A stretch of DNA of 26,877 nt, taken from positions 1-26,877 of the forward strand of contig NZ_FNQK01000024.1 of NCBI RefSeq assembly GCF_900107625.1. The letters run 5' to 3'. Numbering within the stretch: position 1 is the stretch's first letter; the number at the start of each line of letters is the position of its first letter. Below are positions 1-8,715 of this stretch, one piece after another. This stretch comes from Bizionia paragorgiae. GTDB taxonomy: Bacteria; Bacteroidota; Bacteroidia; Flavobacteriales; Flavobacteriaceae. A program made the translations under genes and the position numbers. Below the pieces are notes generated by a model. The model did no database searches and was not told the DNA's origin. It worked only from the letters and a program-made list of their open reading frames with translations.

Positions 1-250
1 TATGAGACCGCGACGTTTGATGACACTTCTTGCTCTTGGGTAGTTACGGGAACACAACCTGACGAACCAACAACAGCTTGTTATGAAACGGCAACGTTTG
101 ATGATGCTTCTTGCTCATGGGTAGTTACTGGAGATCAACCTGAGGAACCAATAACAGCATGTGATGAAATAGCAACATTTAATGACATGACCTGCTCTTG
201 GGACATTACTATCAGTCCAACAGGCGTAGATGATTGTGATTGCGAATGTG
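1..250 (+). repeat. In-frame 81-nt (27-aa) tandem repeat array inside the first CDS (two full copies plus one degenerate copy; the array probably continues upstream).
   Basis: Direct reading shows copies at 1-81 and 82-162 with ~80% nucleotide identity. Most differences are synonymous or conservative. The third copy (163-~250) diverges into a Cys-rich DDCDCECEGG stretch. Confidence 0.6.
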
Positions 251-825
251 AAGGTGGTATGGTAGAATTAACTCTACAATACAATGGACCACTTACTAAT
301 GCAAATATTGTAATTGAAAGTAAAAAGGGTGCTGAAATTTATAGTGGTACGCATTCAACTACTGGACAATTCACAATCTATGGTACTGGAAAGAAAAATA
401 GAATTTCAAATACTATTTACCTTATCGTTAACGGTGTAGTCGTTGGTGAGCTACACACAAGTTGCTCACAGCCAATATATGTCGGAATGGTAATAGGAGA
501 TTTCACTATTGTAGCAGGAGAAAGCCGTAATAATGGCCCATTATGCTCTAGTCCATATAAGCAAGCAGCTAATACATCAATTGATTTATTCGAGGTAAAA
601 GCTTATCCGAACCCATCAAGTAGTACTTTTAACTTGAATGTAAAAACACCGTCTAAAGGAAAAATTGGTATTCAAGTTTTCGACTTATACAACAAACAGT
701 TGCTTAATGACGAGTTTAATAGTCAGCAGGAATATAAGTTTGGTCAGCAATTACCAACGGGTATTTATATTGTTAAAATAAAACAAGATAAACATCTTAA
801 AATAATTCGTGTGATCAAGAAATAA
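1..825 (+). CDS. 5'-truncated secreted/cell-surface protein. It has Cys-containing 27-aa tandem repeats and a type IX secretion (T9SS) C-terminal sorting domain.
   Basis: Frame 1 is open from base 1, so the ORF-track start at 187 is internal and the gene begins upstream of the window. The C-terminal ~75 aa (…KAYPNPSSSTFNLNVK…GIYIVKIKQD…IRVIKK) match the T9SS Por secretion CTD pattern of Bacteroidota. Two near-identical 27-aa units (YETATFDD[TA]SCSWVVTG[TD]QP[DE]EP[TI]TAC) occupy 1-81 and 82-162, with a degenerate third copy after that. Confidence 0.6.
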   Translation, partial: YETATFDDTSCSWVVTGTQPDEPTTACYETATFDDASCSWVVTGDQPEEPITACDEIATFNDMTCSWDITISPTGVDDCDCECEGGMVELTLQYNGPLTNANIVIESKKGAEIYSGTHSTTGQFTIYGTGKKNRISNTIYLIVNGVVVGELHTSCSQPIYVGMVIGDFTIVAGESRNNGPLCSSPYKQAANTSIDLFEVKAYPNPSSSTFNLNVKTPSKGKIGIQVFDLYNKQLLNDEFNSQQEYKFGQQLPTGIYIVKIKQDKHLKIIRVIKK

Positions 826-841
826 GAACGAATAATAATTT

Positions 842-890
842 AAAAAAAGAGAGGGGTTTCTATTAAATTAGAAACCCCTCTTTCTTTTAT
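842..890. terminator. Bidirectional intrinsic terminator between convergent genes.
   Basis: An 11-bp perfect stem (agaggggtttc 850-860 pairing with gaaacccctct 871-881) encloses a 10-nt loop. It is flanked by an A8 run on the 5' side and a ttcttttat run on the 3' side. It sits between the stop of the + gene (825) and the stop of the - gene (931). Confidence 0.8.
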
Positions 891-930
891 ATTTCGCCAG
901 GTCATAATACTATACTATAGCCTCATACCA

Positions 931-3900
931 CTAAGCTTTAAAACCTTTCTGAAGCACTTCTTTTATACCTTCTAAATTATCAGAAAACTGCATCAATTGA
1001 GAAAGTAACTGCGCCATTTCATTTTTATTACCGAAGCCTTTTAGTTTATTATTCTTTTGAAAGGTCTCCCTTATTACAGCCCAACGCTCTTTGTCCGTTT
1101 CAGAAAGATCACCAACAAGCTCTTTGTACTTTAATAAATTTGCTTCAGCAGAAGAAGTCAGCGTTTGCGATTCGCTTTCATAGTGCGATAGCACCAGTGT
1201 TTTTAGCTCTTGATCATTCATTACCGGAACAACCTTAGCAACCATTTTATTCATATCCCTATACGAACCCTGTAGTTTAAACGAAGGCTCTGTGCGATAG
1301 TCATCTTCCATAGCTGCACTTTTAATATAGGTCGCATTAACTTTAAGCACGGTATTTCTAATTTGAATCACCTTCTCTAAAACTGAAACATAGTCTTGAA
1401 CTTCTTGATTGGTGTAATTACCCGTTAATTGTGCCTCTTGATTACCATTTTCAATTCTATCAAGCAAGGTGTAAACGTCATCAAAATTCTTACTCCCTAA
1501 TTGGTGTAAAATAGGATTTGATGTTAATGCGTTTTCAATAAGACTCAACTTAAATAAATGCGCAGTATCTCCAATAATATCACCAAGGTTATAAATATCT
1601 GCTCTATTAGCTAACATATCAGGAATTCTAAACTTATCACCACTTTCAGTATAAGGGTTTCCAGCCATAATTACACAGAATTTCTTCCCTCTTAGATCGT
1701 AGGTTCGAGAAACGCCGTTATAGATACCTTCAACTTTTCGCGTTCCATCGGATAGCGAGATGAATTTTTGCAAAAATTCCGGATTACAATGCTGAATATC
1801 GTCAAGGTACAACATCACATTATTACCCATTTCGAAAGCCAAGTTTAACTTCTTTAACTCCTCGCGAGCTGCAGAATTTGTTGCCGAAGCGGGGTCTACC
1901 GACGTAACATCATGACCTATTGATGGTCCGTTAATTTTCATAAAAATTAAACCTAACCGATTTGCTATGTATTCCATCAAGGTAGTTTTTCCATACCCTG
2001 GCGGCGATATTAATAACAATAAGCCCATTCTATCCGTTCGATTTTGATCGCCTACAGTCCCCAGTTGCTTTGCTAAATTATCTCCAAAAAGCGGAAAATA
2101 AACTTGATCAATTAATTTATTTCTAACAAACGAACTCAGAATTTTAGGTTTAAACTCTTCTAATTTTAACACCTCTTTTAAATGAATGGTCACCTCGTGT
2201 TTTGCTTTTCTAAAAGCATAGTAAGCAGGCACTTTTATTCTAAAATAACGTTCATAAGCCGTTAAAAAATCGTGATAGTTAAACTGAAAAACTCCATTTT
2301 GAATAGTCCCATGATCTCCTCGCAACCCTTCTATAGCCTCTGAAGGCGATGTAAACTGTGCGTTTAGAACAGATTCGTCTTCAAAAAGAATTAAACACAC
2401 CACTTCATTTACATACTTTAACTTGAATTCTAAATCCTCAGCATTCTCACTTGCCAAATAGGCTTTTACCCACTGACGAATTAAAGCCACTTTCGACGAA
2501 TTGACCTCTAGTGCATCAAGACTTTTTCTGAATTTAAGATCTGCTTTTTGGGCTTTCATTTCATTAAGAAATGCTTCCTTAATCTGAATTGCAACCCCAC
2601 TCTTTTGAAAGTCATCATCATTTTGAAGCTCTTCAAACAAATAGCGAGCAGCTTGTTCTGCATGAGACGCTACATATATACCTGAAGTCTCAGCAAAATC
2701 GTAAAGAGCAATTTGAAGTTTACTCAAAATATACTCATACTCTTTTGTGGTCGGGAAATACCGTATAACTTCACCTGATGCTTTTATACCCTCATTAAGG
2801 TAGCGTCGATTTTCATCACTTGTAAAACGCCAAAAATAGTGTGCACAAGCTCTAATCTCCGGGTGAAACCGCAATAACTCAAGCGCCTTGTGCTTTTGTA
2901 TAAGTGTTGATAATATTTTAGCAGCGTCAAGATCATGCACCCCTTTCACATAGCCCTCAGAATAATCCTTACTACTCTCTTCTTGAACTAGGGTAATAAG
3001 CTCCTCGTCGGTGTGATCTAAAATAGCATCGTTATGCTTAGTAAAGATTTTATATGCCAAGTAGGCCCCTCTATAAATATATTTATTTTCAGAAATATAA
3101 TCTTGACTCCAAAATTCTTCTGAATCTAAAAGTGTTTGGTTTTCTATATTTTGATAAAAATCGGTTCCAGTTAAGTGGTATTTTAGACGTCCATCGGTAA
3201 AAACTATAACCAAATCTAACTCCTGATTATTAACCCCGAATTTATGTTTCCCTAGGCGAATTACATTATCGCCATCCTCATAAAGTTCTTTTTTATCTTT
3301 AAGCTTTCGAAGCGCATCTTCGCGTGCCGATTTAAGTAAAGTTAAAATTTCTTCTGCCCTACCACTATCGTCCATATTTTGAAGTTGCTGGGCAATATCT
3401 CTAGCTTTACTCACCAAAATATCTGAAGCAAAATACCCGTTAATATCTGAAACTTCAGAAAAGGACTCTGCTTTTTTACGCACGCCATTTAAAATACGTT
3501 CTGCCGATTTTTGTAAAACAAGTGCTCGCTTATTTCGTTTTTCAATGACGCTATTTTTACGCGCTTGAAAAGCATTATACACTTCTTCCCGCTTCTCAAT
3601 TATTAATCCGATAAAATCCTCATAATCGGCGAACTTTCCTTCCAGTTCTTCTAGTTGAATGGAAACTCTAGTTTGATACTCATCACATTTTTCGGGAGTA
3701 TCAGCAATATCTAAGTAATTAATAATACTCTGGTCTATTAATTTTAATTGAGCTGCAAACTCCGCTTGCGCCTCTTCACTACCAAGAGATTTCGTTTTTT
3801 TTCTTATTTCAGCTTTCAACTGATTAATAGTAGCAAAAATCAGTGAGATATTATTAATGATTTTAGTAGAATGCGATGTGTCTTCAATTTCTAAATTAGA

Positions 3901-5808
3901 GACAATATCAATTAGCATCTCGAGATCTTTAGAGTTCTCATTAACCTTATCTTCTAACTGTTTCGCATCGATAACCTTTACAATACTACCTAAGGACTTT
4001 TCGTGTTTTTCAACCTCATCCTCGTAAGGCTTTAAGGCTTTATCATCGAGAAGAAAGGTAGCACATCGATTAGATATACGAGAGGTTTGCTCAGCAATTT
4101 GGTTCTCTAAATCTTCAATAAACCCCTCATCGACATAGCGAATTTCTTTTAAACTAATTGCTTCTCCGCGCATCCCCCTAAATTGGGTAAGAACATCTAC
4201 AAAATCATTAATACTTCTAAAGCCTGTACTTTTAACTTTATTAAATAAAACCTGTGTTGTCTTTTCAATCTCAACGGTTTTTTGCTGAGCATTTTTTTTT
4301 AATTGTAAAACCTTTTGAAACTCGTCGATAGCCGCATTGGCCGTCTTATTAATTTCTTGTAAAGGTTCATTTAATTGCTGGGTTTCCTTTTCATTTAACC
4401 AATAGTAAGCATCCAATAAGTCTTTAGACCGTTTAGCTACATCGTTATACAGTCCGTCGTAATTATCCTCCTTATTAAGCAAGTTAATAAGTCCGTTAAC
4501 CTCGGCCATCGCTTTAACAATGTCTTTATTCCCTATTTTGTATAGCAGACTATCTTTGTGAGTAGAAGGCATCAAATCCTTTTTTAAATAAGGGGTTTGC
4601 CAAATCTGAATAACATGATGACGCGTTTGCTCGTTTTCATTTCTAAAATAACACAACTCTCCATCCTCCAAAATGGTAAAACCATTACATATTATAGGCG
4701 TTTGAATCTCTTGAGAAATCACATTATAGCTCATTAGATTATATAAACCGTTTTCTGAAGAATAAAAAACATAAAGATAATCTTCGCCATTGGGAGAGGC
4801 TATTTTTTCTTGATAACGCACGTTCGGGATGCTATTATCAAAAAGATAGTACTCACCGGTATGCAAATAATAACCTGTCGGAAAAATAACACCATGATCG
4901 TCTGGCAGCAAAACACAGGTATCTTTTATACTATCGATCTTTTGAATTTCTTTAAGCTTATGATTATAAACAAAGTATCGCGGCTGTTCTTGAAAAGGTT
5001 TAATCTCTAAAATAATAAGATCTCCGAGATTCGCAAAGCGGTATTGCCCGTCGTCTAAAGTTTGGTCGCGGTGCTCTACAGGCTCGGAGTAAATGCCCTG
5101 GCCATCATCTGTATTGTCTTCGATTTTAATCGTTAAATCGCCTCCGATAGTTTCTACAAATACACGATCTAAAATAGACACGTGAGCATGGACTCCGCGT
5201 CGGTGCATGTCTCGCGAAACCTCCTGCCAATTAAACTCGTGTTGTGAAGGCAATTTATACTCGTGATCACTGCGGTTATCCACATACTGAAGTGTATTGT
5301 CTTTAATTAACCATTTAAAGGTTTTAATATCTGTAACGCTTTCACTTAATTGAAAGACCATATAGAGGTAGTTTCCTATAATGGCGAATTTAGAGAATAT
5401 GGTATTGCGGTAATATTTATAAAGGTTAGCAAAATCTAATTTAAACACATCGTCTTCCAAAAGATCTAAAGACACCGCTTCAAAGCTATTGTCTTTAAAC
5501 TTATAAATACTCATCACATCCTTTAGACCAATATCTGTTCGTAAGCCAAAATGAACATTGTACCCCAAAAGACAGATATCACCCAAAGAAACAATATCCC
5601 TAGCGATACAGTTGTTTTCTGTATTTATACGATCGTTGGTTATGAGTTTAGTTTCAAGAGAGCCAAAAACATCTTTTCGTCCGTTATTAAGTTGAATTAG
5701 ACGCTGTTGTAGTTCCACTTTTTGCTTTTGAAGTCGGTTTTGAATCACTTCATAAGTACCAACGTCAAGTTTTTGAGTATTTACGTCCTTTATAGGTTTC
5801 TTTGTCAT
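931..5808 (-). CDS. Giant (1625 aa) multidomain protein. A classical AAA+ ATPase core lies near the C-terminus; there is a long coiled-coil middle section and a beta-rich N-terminal region. Function is unknown.
   Basis: The 4.9-kb ORF is uninterrupted. A single P-loop (LLLISPPGYGKTTL, Walker A at 1981..1998) is followed by Walker B (VMLYLDDIQ, ~1798..1812). After that come a sensor-1-like motif (CVIMAGNP, N at 1657..1659) and an Arg-containing motif (RIPDMLANRADIYNL). No second NTP-binding motif is present. Residues ~430-800 are heptad-rich and charged, consistent with coiled coil. The gene is on the same strand as, and immediately downstream of, the flotillin gene. Confidence 0.85.
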   Translation of the reverse strand: MTKKPIKDVNTQKLDVGTYEVIQNRLQKQKVELQQRLIQLNNGRKDVFGSLETKLITNDRINTENNCIARDIVSLGDICLLGYNVHFGLRTDIGLKDVMSIYKFKDNSFEAVSLDLLEDDVFKLDFANLYKYYRNTIFSKFAIIGNYLYMVFQLSESVTDIKTFKWLIKDNTLQYVDNRSDHEYKLPSQHEFNWQEVSRDMHRRGVHAHVSILDRVFVETIGGDLTIKIEDNTDDGQGIYSEPVEHRDQTLDDGQYRFANLGDLIILEIKPFQEQPRYFVYNHKLKEIQKIDSIKDTCVLLPDDHGVIFPTGYYLHTGEYYLFDNSIPNVRYQEKIASPNGEDYLYVFYSSENGLYNLMSYNVISQEIQTPIICNGFTILEDGELCYFRNENEQTRHHVIQIWQTPYLKKDLMPSTHKDSLLYKIGNKDIVKAMAEVNGLINLLNKEDNYDGLYNDVAKRSKDLLDAYYWLNEKETQQLNEPLQEINKTANAAIDEFQKVLQLKKNAQQKTVEIEKTTQVLFNKVKSTGFRSINDFVDVLTQFRGMRGEAISLKEIRYVDEGFIEDLENQIAEQTSRISNRCATFLLDDKALKPYEDEVEKHEKSLGSIVKVIDAKQLEDKVNENSKDLEMLIDIVSNLEIEDTSHSTKIINNISLIFATINQLKAEIRKKTKSLGSEEAQAEFAAQLKLIDQSIINYLDIADTPEKCDEYQTRVSIQLEELEGKFADYEDFIGLIIEKREEVYNAFQARKNSVIEKRNKRALVLQKSAERILNGVRKKAESFSEVSDINGYFASDILVSKARDIAQQLQNMDDSGRAEEILTLLKSAREDALRKLKDKKELYEDGDNVIRLGKHKFGVNNQELDLVIVFTDGRLKYHLTGTDFYQNIENQTLLDSEEFWSQDYISENKYIYRGAYLAYKIFTKHNDAILDHTDEELITLVQEESSKDYSEGYVKGVHDLDAAKILSTLIQKHKALELLRFHPEIRACAHYFWRFTSDENRRYLNEGIKASGEVIRYFPTTKEYEYILSKLQIALYDFAETSGIYVASHAEQAARYLFEELQNDDDFQKSGVAIQIKEAFLNEMKAQKADLKFRKSLDALEVNSSKVALIRQWVKAYLASENAEDLEFKLKYVNEVVCLILFEDESVLNAQFTSPSEAIEGLRGDHGTIQNGVFQFNYHDFLTAYERYFRIKVPAYYAFRKAKHEVTIHLKEVLKLEEFKPKILSSFVRNKLIDQVYFPLFGDNLAKQLGTVGDQNRTDRMGLLLLISPPGYGKTTLMEYIANRLGLIFMKINGPSIGHDVTSVDPASATNSAAREELKKLNLAFEMGNNVMLYLDDIQHCNPEFLQKFISLSDGTRKVEGIYNGVSRTYDLRGKKFCVIMAGNPYTESGDKFRIPDMLANRADIYNLGDIIGDTAHLFKLSLIENALTSNPILHQLGSKNFDDVYTLLDRIENGNQEAQLTGNYTNQEVQDYVSVLEKVIQIRNTVLKVNATYIKSAAMEDDYRTEPSFKLQGSYRDMNKMVAKVVPVMNDQELKTLVLSHYESESQTLTSSAEANLLKYKELVGDLSETDKERWAVIRETFQKNNKLKGFGNKNEMAQLLSQLMQFSDNLEGIKEVLQKGFKA
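1490..2046 (-). other. AAA+ ATPase core domain of the giant protein (approximately residues 1255-1440).
   Basis: The order is Walker A GYGKTT, Walker B DDIQ, sensor-1 N (AGNP), then an Arg-finger-like R…NRAD motif. Spacing is about 65 aa between Walker A and B and about 48 aa between Walker B and sensor-1. This is typical of classical AAA/AAA_5-like modules. Confidence 0.7.
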
Positions 5809-5870
5809 TATATCCTATCCTGAATTTTAAATTATATCTGCTAATACGTCCTACTATAATCCTGAAATAT

Positions 5871-5899
5871 AAAGCCGACTGGAATCGTCGGCTTTACTT
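5871..5899 (-). terminator. GC-rich hairpin 4 nt downstream of the flotillin stop. Candidate intrinsic terminator or attenuator separating flotillin from the giant ATPase gene.
   Basis: Minus-strand RNA reads aagt-AAAGCCGAC-gauucca-GUCGGCUUU-auauuucagg. The stem is a perfect 9 bp with a 7-nt loop, and the tail is U-rich but interrupted (UUUAUAUUU). It lies in the 91-nt gap between 5900 and 5808. Confidence 0.45.
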
Positions 5900-7984
5900 T
5901 TATTTTCTTAGGTTAGATACCGTTTTATCAGAAATCCCTAAGCCTTTTGCTAGGTTTAATAAATTTCCTAGCATGGTTTGCTCATCACGATCATCAGATT
6001 TCATTTTCAAATCGGCAATTAAACCAGCGATACTAACATTTTTAAGGTCCTCGGTAGACACGCCATACTTATCTGCAAACGCTTTTACCTTTTCTAAAAG
6101 ATCGCCCTTGGTACCATTGCTTTCGTCACCTAAAATAGCGGATTTAACGTCTTGAACATTTGTTGAGTTTTGCACCAAACGATCATAACCTTTACCTCTA
6201 GTTATTTGTCCGATAATTTGATCGAAGAACATGGTCTCACCACCAACAATATCAATTTTAGCAGCTTTTAGGGCATCGCTAATCACCTGAGCTTGTGCAT
6301 CGGCAATATCTTTCTGGATATTTATATGTGCAAGATCCACTTTAAGATCTTTATTTAAGCGCAATTTAAATTCTTCATGATCTTTACCAACGCCATCTAA
6401 TTTTTTCATTGCGGCTGCTTTCTCTTCTATTCCTGTAGCATCGGCGATTGCTTTTTCTTTAATCACATCGGCTTCTGCTAGTCCATCTTTACGTTTGGCA
6501 TCGGCTTTAGCTTCGATTCCTGCTGCTTCTGCTTTCGCTTTTTTCTCTATAATATTAGCTTCCACAAGACCTTGACGTTCATTAGCATCTGCTTTCGCGT
6601 GCATCACTTGCGCTTCAGACATCCCTACAGTTGCCTCTTCTTTTGCTTGTGCTTCTGCTAAAATCTTACGTGCTTCTGCTTGTTTCTGACTCGCTTCTTT
6701 ATGAGCAAGCGCTTCGATATTAATTTCTTCAGCTTTTTGTTTCGCGGCTTCTTTTTGTGCTTCGGCTGCTTTAATAGTCTTAATTAAATCTTCTTCTGCG
6801 AGCCCTTCAGCAGTTGTAATTTTAACCTGCTTGTCTCTATCTGCTGTTTTAAAGGCCTGAATATCTTTCATATTCTCTTGTTCTTCCACCACTCCTTTTT
6901 CCAGCATGACACGATCTCTAATCACATCTTGAATATTCTTTTTCTCTACTTCAACAACTTTCTCTTTTTCAATCTGTGCTAAAGTAACCACGCGCTCGCG
7001 CTCTGTAACTTCCAACATCCTGTCTTTCTCCACACGTTCGGTCTCTACAGCATCGGTACGTTCCTTATTTTTAAGTGCCACAATAATTTGGCGTTGCATG
7101 TTTTCTTCGGCAACTTTTACTTTTTCTTCGGTTTCGATACGGGCACTTTCCGACTTTAAACGTTCCTCTTCACTCACCTTTAAGGTTTCGGCTTCTTCAC
7201 GCGATTTTATATTAGCGATTTCACGTTTTTGCTTCTCTTCTTTTTCTGCTAATTGTTTATCTAATTCTAAAATAGCCTCACGCGCTTCAACATCTTGTTT
7301 TCTGATGGTTTTTTCTTCATCGCGTTTTATCAAATTAGCTTTCATATTTTGAACAGCCGTAAGCTCAGTAATTTTCTTAATACCTTCGGCATCTAAAATA
7401 TTGTCTGGCTTAAGTTCCTTTACCGACGTTTGCTCTAAAAAGTCGATAGCACAATCCTCTAAGGTATACCCATTAAGATCGGTTCCAATAATGTTTACTA
7501 TCTCATCACGAAACTCTCTTCGCGCTTCGTAAAGCTCTATAAAATCGAATTTCTTACCTACTGTTTTTAGAGCTTCAGAAAACTTCGCTTCAAAAAGATC
7601 TTCCAAGGTTGCTATTTTAGAAGCGCGGTCCACACCAATAGTTTGCGCTACCTTTTTTATATATTCGATATCGTTATTCACACGAACAAAAAAGGCTACT
7701 TTAATATCGGCACGCATATTATCTTTACAAATAAGACCTTCGTGTGCAATTCTTTCAATTTGGATTTTCTTCACTGAAATATCCATAATTTCTGTTTTGT
7801 GAAATACAGGTACAGTATATAAACCTTTATCTGTTGCCACTTTTGTTCCACCAAAACCTGTTCTAATAAGCGCTTGGCCTTGTGGTATTTTTTTGTAAAA
7901 CATCGCTATAATCGCGAAGTATACGATAACAAGGAAAAGCAACACGCCTATTCCTATCCCAATAATTGGTAAAATTGATTCCAT
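5900..7984 (-). CDS. Flotillin-like SPFH/band-7 protein (YqiK/FloT-like).
   Basis: An N-terminal TM helix (ILPIIGIGIGVLLFLVIVYFAIIAMF) is followed by an SPFH domain (…GGTKVATDKGLYTVPVFHKTEIMDISVKKIQIER…). After that comes a long Glu/Ala/Lys-rich coiled coil with the EA-repeat character typical of flotillins (…KAEAAGIEAKADAKRKDGLAEADVIKEKAIADATGIEEKAAAM…). Confidence 0.9.
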   Translation of the reverse strand: MESILPIIGIGIGVLLFLVIVYFAIIAMFYKKIPQGQALIRTGFGGTKVATDKGLYTVPVFHKTEIMDISVKKIQIERIAHEGLICKDNMRADIKVAFFVRVNNDIEYIKKVAQTIGVDRASKIATLEDLFEAKFSEALKTVGKKFDFIELYEARREFRDEIVNIIGTDLNGYTLEDCAIDFLEQTSVKELKPDNILDAEGIKKITELTAVQNMKANLIKRDEEKTIRKQDVEAREAILELDKQLAEKEEKQKREIANIKSREEAETLKVSEEERLKSESARIETEEKVKVAEENMQRQIIVALKNKERTDAVETERVEKDRMLEVTERERVVTLAQIEKEKVVEVEKKNIQDVIRDRVMLEKGVVEEQENMKDIQAFKTADRDKQVKITTAEGLAEEDLIKTIKAAEAQKEAAKQKAEEINIEALAHKEASQKQAEARKILAEAQAKEEATVGMSEAQVMHAKADANERQGLVEANIIEKKAKAEAAGIEAKADAKRKDGLAEADVIKEKAIADATGIEEKAAAMKKLDGVGKDHEEFKLRLNKDLKVDLAHINIQKDIADAQAQVISDALKAAKIDIVGGETMFFDQIIGQITRGKGYDRLVQNSTNVQDVKSAILGDESNGTKGDLLEKVKAFADKYGVSTEDLKNVSIAGLIADLKMKSDDRDEQTMLGNLLNLAKGLGISDKTVSNLRK

Positions 7985-8002
7985 ATGTTTAGTTATAATT
8001 AA

Positions 8003-8713
8003 TTAGTCGTTATAAGATTGTACTAAATAGTAATTGCGATCGGCCGATCTTTTAATAATAAGAATTGAAGCACCGTAAGTGAGGGGTTCTCCATTTAAGG
8101 ATTTTACGTAAATCGATAAGGAGTCGCCATTAATTACCACCTCTGCATTCCCCATTTTATCTTCTGAAATTGAAGATAGAAGTGTTGCTTTCCTTCCTAA
8201 ATAATCTATTGGTGCATCACCATCTTTATTAAGATGTTTGAAAAAGCTTTTAAAGGGAGTTGTTATAATTTTGGTGATTATTAGCGCTGGAATACTGGCG
8301 ATTAACATTATTCCAAATCCCAAAGGATTGTCGTAGGTATACGTTAACGCGGTTGTAATAGTCGTAAGAAACCACCATATAAAAATCCAAAACGTGAAAG
8401 TGAACATAAAGGGCAAACCCACGAAGTTGAAATTGATTAAAGCAACTTGCCACCATTTAAGTGGTTTCCTCCTTTTACCGACGACATCTTCTCTATTAAT
8501 TTCGGTATTGGATATATCTTCAAAATCCATATTACCGCCTTCAATACCTGAGTCTGCTTCAATCTCAACCTCTGTATCTATGTCAATATCAAAATCAGGA
8601 TCAAAATCTAGTCCGCTCATCATGGTGACTATCCAATACAAAATAAGGATCATCAATAAAACACTAAGCACGACGTTAACCTCCGAAAAAAGTATGTTAG
8701 TTAGCTCTGCCAA
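8003..8713 (-). CDS. NfeD-like (YqiJ/YuaF-like) membrane protein with a C-terminal OB-fold beta-barrel. It is the usual partner of SPFH/flotillin genes.
   Basis: Two hydrophobic segments flank an acidic DFDPDFDIDID… loop. The C-terminal ~70 aa (GRKATLLS…MGNAEVVINGDSLSIYVKSLNGEPLTYGASILIIKR…YYLVQ) match the NfeD short-form OB-fold pattern. The gene lies immediately upstream of the flotillin gene, as in E. coli yqiJ-yqiK and B. subtilis yuaF-floT. Its start is 2 nt from the PspA stop. Confidence 0.7.
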   Translation of the reverse strand: MAELTNILFSEVNVVLSVLLMILILYWIVTMMSGLDFDPDFDIDIDTEVEIEADSGIEGGNMDFEDISNTEINREDVVGKRRKPLKWWQVALINFNFVGLPFMFTFTFWIFIWWFLTTITTALTYTYDNPLGFGIMLIASIPALIITKIITTPFKSFFKHLNKDGDAPIDYLGRKATLLSSISEDKMGNAEVVINGDSLSIYVKSLNGEPLTYGASILIIKRSADRNYYLVQSYND

Positions 8714-8715
8714 TA

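Noticed and set aside
4810-5010. 66-aa + strand ORF inside the giant ATPase gene
   Set aside because: It is fully antisense-embedded in a long, well-supported minus-strand CDS. It is short and has no recognisable motif, so it is a chance ORF.
5802-6155. 117-aa + strand ORF overlapping the start of the giant gene and the 3' end of flotillin
   Set aside because: It overlaps two convincing minus-strand genes and the intergenic hairpin. Its composition (S/L/F-rich) is typical of antisense reading of Lys/Glu-rich coding sequence.
7098-7352. 84-aa + strand ORF inside flotillin
   Set aside because: It is the antisense of the EA-rich coiled-coil region, giving a low-complexity Ser/Phe-rich translation. 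This is a chance ORF.
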